Of a stretch of DNA of 64,000 bases, positions 51,268 through 61,286 are shown piece by piece. Source of the DNA: Gilvibacter sp. (GTDB taxonomy: Bacteria > Bacteroidota > Bacteroidia > Flavobacteriales > Flavobacteriaceae); contig NZ_CBFCWJ010000040.1 in the NCBI RefSeq assembly GCF_965601605.1, positions 2,737 to 66,736 of the forward strand, given 5' to 3'. Each line of letters starts with the position of its first letter. Position 1 is the first letter of the stretch. The notes under the pieces are model-generated. The model was not told the DNA's origin. It saw nothing but the letters and a program-made list of their open reading frames with translations, and did no database searches. Both the position numbers and the translations under genes were made by a program.

Positions 51268-51294
51268 TTTGCCTAAATTCGGACAGAAGTCTGT

Positions 51295-52743
51295 TTGATG
51301 GAACGTAACTATACAAAAACAAAGAAAGCAGGCCTCATTATGGGGCCTGTTTTATTTATAGTCCTTTGGTTTTTTAAAGGACATATACTCAGTGATGCTG
51401 CGGACCCAGTAATTGCCGTAGCTGCTTGGATGATCTGTTGGTGGATCACAGAGGCAGTCTCAATTTCTGTTACCGCCTTATTACCGCTAATCCTTTTCCC
51501 GCTAACCAATGTGATGCCCATAAAGGAAGTGGCTCCGCATTACGGCAGCAGTATTGTGTTTTTATTCTTCGGAGGATTTGTGATGGCCTTGGCCTTGGAA
51601 AAAGTGAATCTGCACAAACGTCTGGCCTTATCCATCATTAAGATCACGGGAACCTCTCCCAACCGAATTGTGCTCGGTTTTATGTTAGCCACTGCCCTTT
51701 TGAGTATGTGGATCAGTAATACGGCCAGCGCTTTAGTCATGCTTCCAATTGGTCTTTCTGTGATCAATTTGCTGATTGATGATGCCGATGGTTTTACCAA
51801 AAACGACAGGAACTTTGCGTTAAGCGTCATGTTGGGAATTGCTTACGCAGCCAACTCCGGAGGAATTGCGACCATCATTGGAACTCCGCCAAATTCGGTG
51901 CTCATCGGTTTTCTGGAAAACGAATACAACACTACAATTTCCTTTTTGAATTGGATGGTCATGGGCCTTCCCTTTTCCATAATCATGATTGGCTTGGTTT
52001 ACTTTATTCTAGTGCACGTGGCCTTTCCAAACCGCCTGAAACGCTTTGATGCGTCCAAAGACCTCATCGATTCAGAATTAAAAAAACTAGGTGGTTTAAG
52101 CCGAAAAGAAAAGCAAGTATTAGCCGTATTTGCTGTAGCCATAAGCCTTTGGATCTTTAGAGGAGTCCTGAATGCTCAATTTCCTGGCTTAGGGCTGACC
52201 GATACAGAAATTAGTATGTATGCCGCAATTGCGCTCTTTGTTATACCCAATCGATTCTCTAAGGGGCAGTTTATTTTAGAATGGCAAGACACCTCAAAAC
52301 TAGCTTGGGGAATCTTGATCCTCTTTGGTGGAGGCCTGGCGTTGGCTTCTGGTTTATCTCAAGCTGGTATCATAACTACCATTGCGAATTATATCGCAGC
52401 GATGGATGGATTGAGCACCACCACCATTGCCATTTTGATCATTGCCGTAATGCTCTTTATGACCGAATTAATGAGCAACGTAGCATTAGTGGCAATTTTT
52501 GCACCTGTTGTTGCCGGAATCGCTTTAGGACTTGATATGCCCATGGAGCATTTGCTCATTCCTGTGGCTATGGCTTCTAGCTGTGCGTTTATGTTGCCGA
52601 TGGCCACTCCGCCAAACGCCATTGTCTTTGCCAGTGGATACATCAAGATCAAGGACATGGTACGGGCAGGATTCTTCCTGAATCTGCTGGCCGTTGGACT
52701 GCTGTTTATATTTCTTAAACTGGTGATTCCTTTTGTTTTCTAA
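51295..52743 (+). CDS. DASS/SLC13-family sodium-coupled anion symporter
   Basis: SMWISNTA, GTPPN, SNVA, ATPPNAIV motifs. Confidence 0.93.
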   Translation: MMERNYTKTKKAGLIMGPVLFIVLWFFKGHILSDAADPVIAVAAWMICWWITEAVSISVTALLPLILFPLTNVMPIKEVAPHYGSSIVFLFFGGFVMALALEKVNLHKRLALSIIKITGTSPNRIVLGFMLATALLSMWISNTASALVMLPIGLSVINLLIDDADGFTKNDRNFALSVMLGIAYAANSGGIATIIGTPPNSVLIGFLENEYNTTISFLNWMVMGLPFSIIMIGLVYFILVHVAFPNRLKRFDASKDLIDSELKKLGGLSRKEKQVLAVFAVAISLWIFRGVLNAQFPGLGLTDTEISMYAAIALFVIPNRFSKGQFILEWQDTSKLAWGILILFGGGLALASGLSQAGIITTIANYIAAMDGLSTTTIAILIIAVMLFMTELMSNVALVAIFAPVVAGIALGLDMPMEHLLIPVAMASSCAFMLPMATPPNAIVFASGYIKIKDMVRAGFFLNLLAVGLLFIFLKLVIPFVF

Positions 52744-52832
52744 GCTGGGTTCAATCAGGTCAAATCAAAAAAAATACACAGAATACCGCAACGCATTAGC
52801 GACAGGACTTTTTTATTTATACATTTGAATCA

Positions 52833-54020
52833 ATGAATCCCTCTGCAGCTGGTTGGATAGATAAATTTTTTCACGAGTTTTCAAATGAAGACCTCTTAGT
52901 CCCTTTTGAACCCAAAGGACATTTCTATACCCAATTGCGAAAAACGGGCTTTGTTTACGGCAACTCTGTCGCTGCCTTGGTCAATAAACCCATCAGTGAG
53001 CTTAATCTCACGGCTGCAGAGTTAAACAAAGCCAACCTACTCCACAGTCTTTACGTAATCTATTACAAGCAAACCCAAGTTTCTAATGTCAAAAAGTTCT
53101 TAGAACACGCCATTAGCTTCTATCGGGAGATCGATCGCGGTCGCATGAGTCTGCTTTCTAAACTATCCTTGGGTAAATCGGTTAGTAAGAATCTAGAGAA
53201 GATCTTATCTGCTCGAATTTTGGAGAGTGATGCCACATTAAAAAAAGAACAGACCTACGCATTTTCTAATGTACTCTTGGCCACGGATCTGTTGACCTAT
53301 CAGATCTATTGTGATTCTCCGATGTTGGCGAAGAACTATGCCACTTCTTTGGAAAAGGCCATTGCCACCTATTGCTTCGGAGCTTTACAATCCAAAACCA
53401 AACAAGATAAATACGATATACTGCTCTTAGAGCTGTTTGAAATGGCTGGATTGAGCACCACAGCGGCTCCCTTAGAAATGTTCTTTAGCGACACGCATAT
53501 GACCCTAACAGCACCTTATTTGTTAGACCTCTGCTGTATGGCCATTAAAGACGATTTAAAGGTAGAACCCTCCGAGCGTGAGTACATCTTGCATTTGGCC
53601 ATTCAATTGGGCTTAGAACAAGAAGAAGCGCTTGTAGCTTTGGATGAGCTTGAACTCTTTATGGAAGAGCATGAGAATGCTATTCACTTTTTCAATCACA
53701 CGCATCCGGTTCAGCATTTCTATAAGCAGACCAGTAGCACTGTAGAACGCTTGATTTTACGCAACAAAAAGCGCCTCATCAAAGAGCTCAGCGAAAGCGG
53801 AGAGCTGCTTGTGCTTTTAGGGCAATCGACTATACGTGAATTGGACGCTAAAGAAAAAGACAAGGTCAAAGATCAACTTCTGGATATGTTCAAAAGCATT
53901 CCTTCACTGACCATATTCCTTTTACCTGGCGGAAGCCTTTTATTACCACTTTTTATCAAGTTTATTCCTAAACTGCTTCCCTCAGCATTCAACGAGAATC
54001 GCATTGACGACGACAAATAA
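52833..54020 (+). CDS. LETM1-related protein
   Basis: C-terminal KDQLLDMFKSIPSLTIFLLPGGSLLLP...LLPSAF; TACATTTG -7 box at 52820-52827. Confidence 0.8.
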   Translation: MNPSAAGWIDKFFHEFSNEDLLVPFEPKGHFYTQLRKTGFVYGNSVAALVNKPISELNLTAAELNKANLLHSLYVIYYKQTQVSNVKKFLEHAISFYREIDRGRMSLLSKLSLGKSVSKNLEKILSARILESDATLKKEQTYAFSNVLLATDLLTYQIYCDSPMLAKNYATSLEKAIATYCFGALQSKTKQDKYDILLLELFEMAGLSTTAAPLEMFFSDTHMTLTAPYLLDLCCMAIKDDLKVEPSEREYILHLAIQLGLEQEEALVALDELELFMEEHENAIHFFNHTHPVQHFYKQTSSTVERLILRNKKRLIKELSESGELLVLLGQSTIRELDAKEKDKVKDQLLDMFKSIPSLTIFLLPGGSLLLPLFIKFIPKLLPSAFNENRIDDDK

Positions 54021-54049
54021 AAAAACCCTCGCTTAAAGCGAGGGTTTTT
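54021..54049. terminator. Bidirectional terminator
   Basis: AAAAACCCTCGCT-TAA-AGCGAGGGTTTTT. Confidence 0.9.
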
Positions 54050-54071
54050 CTTTACGAAAGGTTTGTCGTAA

Positions 54072-57000
54072 TTATTGCTTCACAACACGTTTAACCGTTT
54101 GTCCTTGATCTGTGATGATCTGAACAAAGTATAGTCCTGAAGCCACATCGTTTAGGTTGAACTGGATTTCAGCTCCAACACCTTGTACGTTTAGTCTCTT
54201 AATCAAACGTCCGTTTACGTCATAAAGGTTCACGTCTTCAACAATCGCAGTACTGCGGTTGCGAAGGGTCAAATCTCCTTGACTTGGGTTCGGATATAGT
54301 GTGATCACATTGTCAATTCCAAATTCGTCTACACTCAATACTCCTTCTACAGTTAGGGTAAACGTACAGTCGCTAGAGTTTCCTGCAGCATCTGTAGCAG
54401 TAAGTGTTACGGTATAATCTCCAGGTCCTAACTCAGCACCTACCGCAGGATCTTGCGTAATTGTTGGATCCTCTGGACAGTTATCTGAGAAAGTAGCAGA
54501 TAATGAGTAATCTGGAACTACATAGGGTAGTCCGTCTTCAATTACATATACTTCATCTTCAGGGCAAGTGATCTCAGGAGCAATGTCCTCAGCAATTACT
54601 TGTGTAAGTGTACGTGGCGCAACACAACCAGCAAAGCCAATTCCGATGCTCTCGTTAGGCTCCCCGTAAGAAGCTTCCAAACAAGTGTTTGGCCAGTCTA
54701 ATGCGCTGTCTGAATCTCCGTTACGTTGGAAAGAGTCGTTACAGTTTGCTGTTAGCGCAGCACCTGCACCTATCCAGTCAAGATCGGCAGCAGTAATATT
54801 GAATCCAGCTACATTGATATCGAAAGTTGCAAGCGTTGCACTGTCTACGTTCCAGAACGCAGAGTCTACTACGTTTCCAGAAGGATCTAGAATAAGGATC
54901 CATCCTGAATCAGGAGCATCGTTATCCCACCATAGGTTACTACCCCAGTAGTCCGCGTCACCTGCAGTATCGTTCCAAGCAATGGCTTCATCTTCATCCA
55001 TAACACCTAAAGTCTGAACCACTGGGTTCACGGTGTTGATGTTAGAGAATGGCTCTTCACTAACTACTACTCGGTATCCGGTGTAATCAGTTTGTACTCC
55101 TACGTTTTGGATCTCAAAACGGTCTGGAGTTTCTAGAGTTACTTCAGAAATTACCAATTTAGACAAGAAGTCATCAGCAGTCTCTTCAGCCCATAGATCA
55201 ACAGAACCTGTTGGAGTGAATGTGTAGTCAGTACCTTCAAATAAGAAAGCTCCACCTACCTCAGCATCAAACCAACGAATGTTGTTAGCAGGATCTGAAA
55301 GTGTTGCAGTTACAGTCACCTCATCTCCGATACATACGTCAGTAACACCAGTTGTCAATGGAGAATCCGGAGTCGCCAATACTTCGATATCATCTGTTGC
55401 TACAGAAGCCGAAGCACAAGCTGAATCTCCAATTTCATAAGTGATTGTGTGAACTCCAACACCAGCCACAACTGGGTCAAACGTATAGGTAAGTCCGTCT
55501 CCGTTGTCAGTAACACCAGGACCGCTGTATACACCACCAATTGGGCTACCAGCACCTGTTACTTCAAAAGCCTCTTCAGTAGAACATACGTCTGAAGGAG
55601 CAGTAAAGTTAGCTTCTCCAGAAGGAGTGTCGAAGTTCTCAGTTCCATCAGCAACACTGAAAGAAGAACCTTGAATGGCGTTGATACCAAGACCACGCTT
55701 AGCAAACGCATCCCAAATGATACATTCGTTAGCACCTCCGTAGATCGCAACGTCTGCCGCTAGAATAGCGTCACGACCGTCTACGAATCCAGGGCTACAT
55801 GGTTGAAGCTTCATCGCTTCCGTAACAAGGGCGATTGCCATTACGTTACCAGCATCTAAAGAAGCATCTCCAGTAAAGTTGTAAATATCAGCATCCCATC
55901 CGTTAGCGTCAATCAAGCCCCAGGTCATTTCCCAAAGCATCATGGCCCATACAGATCCTACTCCGTGAGGAACAGCAGACGACTGAATAAAGTCATATGT
56001 CTGTGGGTTAATGTTCATATCAGTACTGTATGGGAAAGGACGAATCCCAGCTCCATCAGGACCTTCATTAAATAGGTAAGTACCTACTCCGCGTGGATCT
56101 ACACCAGCGTCTCCTGGCTCCATAGTCATTACAAGACCGTACCAGTCAGACCATCCTTCTCCCATCTGCTCAGAGTTACCTAAACATCCAGCAGCTCCTG
56201 GTCCACCAGTCAAACGGTTAGAAATACCATGTCCGTATTCGTGGATAATTACAAGGTTGTCATAGTCACCGTCACGAGATCCACAAGTATACATCTGCAT
56301 ACGTGGGTTTCCTCCGTCTGGTGGAGTTCCGAAGTTTGCGTTACAAGTTCCAGAACCGTCTTGGGCTTCAGAATCTACAGAGTCTCCTCCGATTCCACCA
56401 CCACCGTAGTTATTTTCTTGGAAGTTACCTCCAGCTTCATCAAAACCATACTGATACAATACATCGTGAATGATGTTAGTCCAGTAGAAAAGGTTTGTTA
56501 CTGCCGCAGCTTCGTATTGGTTTGCAGCAGAGTAAGCGATATCCCACTCGAATCCTACACCACCGAAGAACAGGTCAGATCCACCGTCAGGCTGGAATCC
56601 TACATTGTCTCCATCTTCATAAGCGTTAGCATTGTTACCACGAGTTGTAGTAAACTCGGCTCCAGCAACACCGTTGGTATCGTGCCATCCAAATGGAGAA
56701 GCCGTTGGGTCTGCAGGATTTACTTCAAAAGTACGGTCTCCGAAGAATGGACTTTCTAGCGGTAAAGCGAAAACTTCATAACACTCAACGCATCCACCAG
56801 CATCAGCAGCAGACTTGTCTACAGCAGGCTGAAGATTTAGGTTGAAGTTGGCTCCGTGATCGTGTCCACTGTGATCGTGATCTGCATGGTCGTGTTCAAA
56901 TTCACAGCTTACCATCCAGTTTACGCGGTCAATGATTTGACCAGTGCTAGCATCTACACGAACGGACCACCAGTTTTGCTGGCCGATCTCTAAAATAGAA

Positions 57001-57539
57001 AGGTCCCAAGCAAGAGTAATGTCTCCTTCTTCTGATTTCTGGTAAGTAAGCGCTACTGGAATCTCTAAAAGCGAGATACCACCGTCGCTCATTAGCATTT
57101 TTGGAGATCCTTCAGACAGATCCTCAACGATAGAGAATGATTTTGTCGGCGTGTAACCCAATGCATTAGCTGCTGCAGCGATAGCTCCATCAGCTGAAAG
57201 GCCTGGACTGGTCATTCCACTCGACTTGTCAATCGATTGTGAAACAAAACCGTTGTTCATTTTCAATAGTGTTCCATCTGGCATGATGTGCGCAGAGGAT
57301 TCTGAACCATAAACAGGAATTCCATTTACAAGTTGTCGGTAGTAAACGTGAGTAATTCCACTCACCTTACTAACGTTTTGGTTTGTAATCTCGAACTCAA
57401 TGTCTTGAGACGTCAGTCCGTGATTTTCTTTTTGTTGGCTTAAGTAGTTAGAGATGGTTGTTGTTGCATCCTGAGCGAATGATTGCAGCGTGAACAAACT
57501 GCATAACCCAAGGAGTACAACCAGGGTACATTTTTTCAT
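54072..57539 (-). CDS. M36 (fungalysin) metallopeptidase with FTP propeptide, Ig-like and HYR domains and T9SS type A sorting domain
   Basis: HEYGHGISNRL and EGWSD zinc motifs; DIAPEITCP...FSDNC HYR; LYPNPS...GLYFVQI CTD. Confidence 0.92.
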   Translation of the reverse strand: MKKCTLVVLLGLCSLFTLQSFAQDATTTISNYLSQQKENHGLTSQDIEFEITNQNVSKVSGITHVYYRQLVNGIPVYGSESSAHIMPDGTLLKMNNGFVSQSIDKSSGMTSPGLSADGAIAAAANALGYTPTKSFSIVEDLSEGSPKMLMSDGGISLLEIPVALTYQKSEEGDITLAWDLSILEIGQQNWWSVRVDASTGQIIDRVNWMVSCEFEHDHADHDHSGHDHGANFNLNLQPAVDKSAADAGGCVECYEVFALPLESPFFGDRTFEVNPADPTASPFGWHDTNGVAGAEFTTTRGNNANAYEDGDNVGFQPDGGSDLFFGGVGFEWDIAYSAANQYEAAAVTNLFYWTNIIHDVLYQYGFDEAGGNFQENNYGGGGIGGDSVDSEAQDGSGTCNANFGTPPDGGNPRMQMYTCGSRDGDYDNLVIIHEYGHGISNRLTGGPGAAGCLGNSEQMGEGWSDWYGLVMTMEPGDAGVDPRGVGTYLFNEGPDGAGIRPFPYSTDMNINPQTYDFIQSSAVPHGVGSVWAMMLWEMTWGLIDANGWDADIYNFTGDASLDAGNVMAIALVTEAMKLQPCSPGFVDGRDAILAADVAIYGGANECIIWDAFAKRGLGINAIQGSSFSVADGTENFDTPSGEANFTAPSDVCSTEEAFEVTGAGSPIGGVYSGPGVTDNGDGLTYTFDPVVAGVGVHTITYEIGDSACASASVATDDIEVLATPDSPLTTGVTDVCIGDEVTVTATLSDPANNIRWFDAEVGGAFLFEGTDYTFTPTGSVDLWAEETADDFLSKLVISEVTLETPDRFEIQNVGVQTDYTGYRVVVSEEPFSNINTVNPVVQTLGVMDEDEAIAWNDTAGDADYWGSNLWWDNDAPDSGWILILDPSGNVVDSAFWNVDSATLATFDINVAGFNITAADLDWIGAGAALTANCNDSFQRNGDSDSALDWPNTCLEASYGEPNESIGIGFAGCVAPRTLTQVIAEDIAPEITCPEDEVYVIEDGLPYVVPDYSLSATFSDNCPEDPTITQDPAVGAELGPGDYTVTLTATDAAGNSSDCTFTLTVEGVLSVDEFGIDNVITLYPNPSQGDLTLRNRSTAIVEDVNLYDVNGRLIKRLNVQGVGAEIQFNLNDVASGLYFVQIITDQGQTVKRVVKQ

Positions 57540-57631
57540 AGAATTTTGATTTAGCGTTTTTGTTATTCTAAACGTGCTCTAAAGTATTAAAAAAACTATG
57601 AATTTGATAACAGAAATTTAACAAAAACTAT

Positions 57632-57656
57632 CAAATGTTAGTTTTTTTAACATTTG
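57632..57656. promoter_or_regulatory. Palindrome CAAATGTTA-N7-TAACATTTG upstream of the M36 protease
   Basis: Perfect 9-bp arms; extra TAACA half-sites at 57608 and 57619. Confidence 0.45.
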
Positions 57657-57699
57657 GGAATAATTTTGTTTAAACTTTCGCTATCAAGGTATTACACCC

Positions 57700-58455
57700 T
57701 TACTCCAACCAAAGTTTGAAGTCTTTAACTCGTTCGCGTGCCACGATAACGTCCTGATCCTTATAGCTCTCTAACTTAATTTGCAAGCGGGAGTTTGTAT
57801 AAGAAATGATGTCTTTTATCGCATTGATGTTGATGAAGAACTTTCTGTTGATACGGAAAAAAGTTGCGGGTTCTAACTCGTCTTCCAACTGTTCTAAAGT
57901 AGTATCCAGCAGGTAGTCTCGCCCTTCAAAAGTATGGGCATAGGTGCCTTTATTCTCACTGTAGAAGCATTCGATCTCATCTACCGGAATCATGCGTAAA
58001 TGCTGTCCAATCTTAACGGTAAAGCGCTTTTTGTACTCCCGCTCTACCGGGTTGGTCAATAACTTTTTGATATCCTCAAAGTTGAGTTGCACATTGGAAG
58101 TTTGCTTTTGCTGATTCTTGTATTGGTTTATGGCCGAGATCAGCTCGTCTTCATCAATTGGCTTGAGCAAGTAATCAATACTGTTCAATTTAAAAGCTTG
58201 CAAGGCGTATTCATCATAAGCCGTGGTGAAGATAATTGCACTGGTAATATCGATTTTATCAAAAATCTCAAAGGAGAGTCCGTCACTCAATTGGATGTCT
58301 AAAAAGATGACTTCTGGATGCGAATTCTCCGAAAACCAGGCTATGGATTCTTCAACAGAATGCAATAAGGTCAAAACCTCAACATCTTGCGCTTCTAGCA
58401 TGCGTTTTAAACGGCGTGCTGACGGCTTCTCGTCTTCAATGATTAATACTTGCAT
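57700..58455 (-). CDS. LytTR-family response regulator (system 2)
   Basis: IIEDE...FLDIQLSDG...DYLLKP; FFRINRK; VARERV. Confidence 0.95.
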   Translation of the reverse strand: MQVLIIEDEKPSARRLKRMLEAQDVEVLTLLHSVEESIAWFSENSHPEVIFLDIQLSDGLSFEIFDKIDITSAIIFTTAYDEYALQAFKLNSIDYLLKPIDEDELISAINQYKNQQKQTSNVQLNFEDIKKLLTNPVEREYKKRFTVKIGQHLRMIPVDEIECFYSENKGTYAHTFEGRDYLLDTTLEQLEDELEPATFFRINRKFFININAIKDIISYTNSRLQIKLESYKDQDVIVARERVKDFKLWLE

Positions 58456-58472
58456 AATAGATTTACGGTAGG

Positions 58473-58799
58473 TTAGTAATTTAAGTGCTGTTCTTCTTCC
58501 TCTTCTTCTCGCATGAATTCACGGATCTTGCGCTCTTCCCAGTTTTTAATGAAGCCGAGTTTATCACTAAAGACCCACAGTCCGTGAAAGAACAGACCAA
58601 TTCCCCAGAAAAGCGGTGTGGTAAAGATAGACCAGTGCGGGATCTCAAAACCGATGTTCCCTTCGTTAAAAACCAATACTCTAATTAAAATGATGGCCGT
58701 ATTCACAATTAGGTAAACCACTAGGTGGTTGTAGAACCCTTTTATGTTTTCTACCTTTTTCTTGGCGCGACCGTATTTAGACTCTGTATATTTTTCCAT
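58473..58799 (-). CDS. 2TM-domain protein
   Basis: RAKKKVENIKGFYNHL...WGIGLFFH...WEERKIREFM. Confidence 0.9.
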   Translation of the reverse strand: MEKYTESKYGRAKKKVENIKGFYNHLVVYLIVNTAIILIRVLVFNEGNIGFEIPHWSIFTTPLFWGIGLFFHGLWVFSDKLGFIKNWEERKIREFMREEEEEEQHLNY

Positions 58800-58819
58800 G
58801 ATTGATAAATGTTGTTTGC

Positions 58820-59203
58820 TTATTCCCAGCGTTGGCTGGAATTGTAATTCTTATCCGTATCCCAGTTGATCTTATCATCCCAGGACTCCTCCTCTCGTTG
58901 ACCTCCATTTTCATGGAACTCTTCCTCACGCATGAATTCGCGGATCTTGCGTTCTTCCCAATCGCGGTTGAACACCGGGCTTAATCTAAAGGCTTTAATG
59001 GCGTGGAAAACCAACCCGATTCCCCATCCAAAGGCAGCCCACAAAAACCAGACGTAGCTAAATCCGTTGGTCGTGTAATTGATCCAAGCCAAAAATGGAA
59101 TGATGATCAAGTACCACATCAGGCTGGTATAGAACTTTTTAAGCTCTTCCACGCGTTCTTTAGCGCGGATGTATTTGTTTTGATTTTTAGGACTGTTACT
59201 CAT
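58820..59203 (-). CDS. 2TM-domain protein
   Basis: RAKERVEELKKFYTSL...WGIGLVFH...WEERKIREFM. Confidence 0.9.
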   Translation of the reverse strand: MSNSPKNQNKYIRAKERVEELKKFYTSLMWYLIIIPFLAWINYTTNGFSYVWFLWAAFGWGIGLVFHAIKAFRLSPVFNRDWEERKIREFMREEEFHENGGQREEESWDDKINWDTDKNYNSSQRWE

Positions 59204-59222
59204 GATTTTTAAATTTGATACT

Positions 59223-59293
59223 CAAAGATATTTAAGGACTCGGGCTGCGACAATTCTTTAGGACCGAACGGTCGTTTTTTACTGCTGAATTGT
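59223..59293 (-). promoter_or_regulatory. LytTR-type promoter before the 2TM genes
   Basis: ACAATTCAG-N12-ACCGTTCGG-N33-TATCTTTG. Confidence 0.65.
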
Positions 59294-59294
59294 A

Positions 59295-60629
59295 TTAGAG
59301 ATCATCTTTGTCCATAAACTCACGGATCTTGCGCTCTTCCCAGTTCTTACCCAGAAGCGGATTGTAACTAAATACTTCCATGGCATGGCCTACGACTCCC
59401 AGTCCCCATCCGCCAATTGGAAACAAGGCCCAAGGAAAATCTGTAGACATTAAGTTCAAATAAATAAAGATGGGCACAAAGATCAAATAGATGGCAAAAT
59501 GCACATAAAATCCTTTGATCTTGTCTACGCGCTCTTGGGCACGCAGGTAACGTTTTTCACTGATATATTCTTGTTGTGTATTCATTGTAGTTGCTTTTTG
59601 TTTAGTGAGCAGTGGTATGGCCACTACAAACTCTTTGTTGACTTCTGAGATCAAAACGGGTCGATCTGTCAATAGTTGATAACGTTGTCTGATATTTTGC
59701 AATCCTACTCCACTACTCTTTTTGACTACCTGTTTGGGTTGAATATTGTTTTTAACCACCAAGGCGCCGTCTTGTTCATAAATAGTGATCACCAAGCGTT
59801 TACTGGGTGTCACCATATTGTGTTTCACCGCATTCTCCAACAGCAGCTGCAAACTCAAAGGCACTACTTTGGCATCTGGGTTTTTTAGGTTTTGCGGCGG
59901 ATTGTACTCAATCGCTTCTTCAAAACGCATCTTGAGTAGCGAAATGTAAAGCTGTGCAAAATCCAGTTCTTCCTGAAGCGTTACTAGGTCTTTGTTCTTC
60001 TGCTCTAAAACATATCGGTATACCTTTGAGAGCGAAGTGGTGAACTTGGTCGCCGCTTTGGGATTCTCTTCAATCAGGCTGGTGAGCACGTTCAAACTGT
60101 TGAACAAAAAGTGCGGATCCAGCTGATTTTTCAAAGCGTCAAAACTCGCTGCTGCAGATCCTGCGATCTTCTTTTGCTCCTTGACCTGGGTATCACGGGT
60201 AAACTTGTAATAGTAGAAGGTGTAATAAATGGTGAGCATCACCACGGTGATCATCAGGGCCACCATATAGTACTCTGGCTTTTCAGAGGCTAAAAAGTCC
60301 CTGATGGCCTTTCCTTCTAAAATTGTGTGAATGAACAATCGGATCACCGCAATGGCCACAATGGTTGCTCCAATGCTGGAAAGGATCGACTGGATCAGGT
60401 TTTTCGCTTTAAAGAACTGCTTTCCGTATTTATTGACAAAGTGACTGATGATGTACCCGTTGAGCACAAACAAGACCACAGAATAAATTTGATTGATGGT
60501 GAATTCTGTCAACAGCTTGCCAAAGGATTCTATGCGCCATCCCAACATATAGCTGATGATCATCAGCACGATGAAGATGATTATTCCGAATCCAAAACCG
60601 CGGATTGCTTCTTTAAAGAATCGAGTCAT
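59295..60629 (-). CDS. LytS-type histidine kinase with C-terminal 2TM domain (system 2)
   Basis: LKNQLDPHFLFNSLN, LLENAVKHN, GVGLQNI, then RAQERVDKIKGFY...WEERKIREFM. Confidence 0.93.
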   Translation of the reverse strand: MTRFFKEAIRGFGFGIIIFIVLMIISYMLGWRIESFGKLLTEFTINQIYSVVLFVLNGYIISHFVNKYGKQFFKAKNLIQSILSSIGATIVAIAVIRLFIHTILEGKAIRDFLASEKPEYYMVALMITVVMLTIYYTFYYYKFTRDTQVKEQKKIAGSAAASFDALKNQLDPHFLFNSLNVLTSLIEENPKAATKFTTSLSKVYRYVLEQKNKDLVTLQEELDFAQLYISLLKMRFEEAIEYNPPQNLKNPDAKVVPLSLQLLLENAVKHNMVTPSKRLVITIYEQDGALVVKNNIQPKQVVKKSSGVGLQNIRQRYQLLTDRPVLISEVNKEFVVAIPLLTKQKATTMNTQQEYISEKRYLRAQERVDKIKGFYVHFAIYLIFVPIFIYLNLMSTDFPWALFPIGGWGLGVVGHAMEVFSYNPLLGKNWEERKIREFMDKDDL

Positions 60630-60631
60630 AA

Positions 60632-61264
60632 TTAGTTATTACAAGTTCTGTCAATTACTTCAAGGCCGTAGTCTTTTCCGTGCTGTGGATAGAACTCTTC
60701 ACTAGCCTGAAAGTTGTCATATAAAAGTATGGCTTTTTGCAAATCTTCACAGAATTCTGCGGGATCTTGTCCAAAAAAGCGCGCTGCGCCCATATCCCAT
60801 TCCAGTTTCCCCATGGCAACACGAGGATTGTTCGGATCGATTTTAGCTGCCTTCTGATAAATGGCTGCTACTTTGGGTGCATACTGCATGCCGTACTTTT
60901 CACCATCAAAAGCTACCCAAGAGGTATACCATTGCGCCTCTACTACCAGCAATTCTGGATTGTTCGGGCTTACTCCTTTAGCTAGATTTAAATATTCCTG
61001 AGCTTTGTTGAGCATGGCGGTTCTCTTGTCCAAATCCATTTCTTCATAGCTCTCAATGGTAATGATCAAGGCTACGTAATAAGCGGGTAACCATTGGTCA
61101 GTTTCTACATTAGATATGCGTTCAAAAATGTTTGAAGCTTCTAATGGTTTGTCTTCTCCCCAAGTGGTCAGTGCTTTTTGCATACCCTTTTGGTAGGGAG
61201 TTTGTGCTGTGACACCAAAGGCCACAGAGATCATTAAAGCGAAAGTAAATACGAGTGTTTGCAT
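60632..61264 (-). CDS. Secreted TPR-like helical protein
   Basis: Signal peptide; FERISNVE...WLPAYY, AAKIDPNNPR motifs. Confidence 0.75.
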   Translation of the reverse strand: MQTLVFTFALMISVAFGVTAQTPYQKGMQKALTTWGEDKPLEASNIFERISNVETDQWLPAYYVALIITIESYEEMDLDKRTAMLNKAQEYLNLAKGVSPNNPELLVVEAQWYTSWVAFDGEKYGMQYAPKVAAIYQKAAKIDPNNPRVAMGKLEWDMGAARFFGQDPAEFCEDLQKAILLYDNFQASEEFYPQHGKDYGLEVIDRTCNN

Positions 61265-61286
61265 GACTGTTGTGATTAATATGTCG

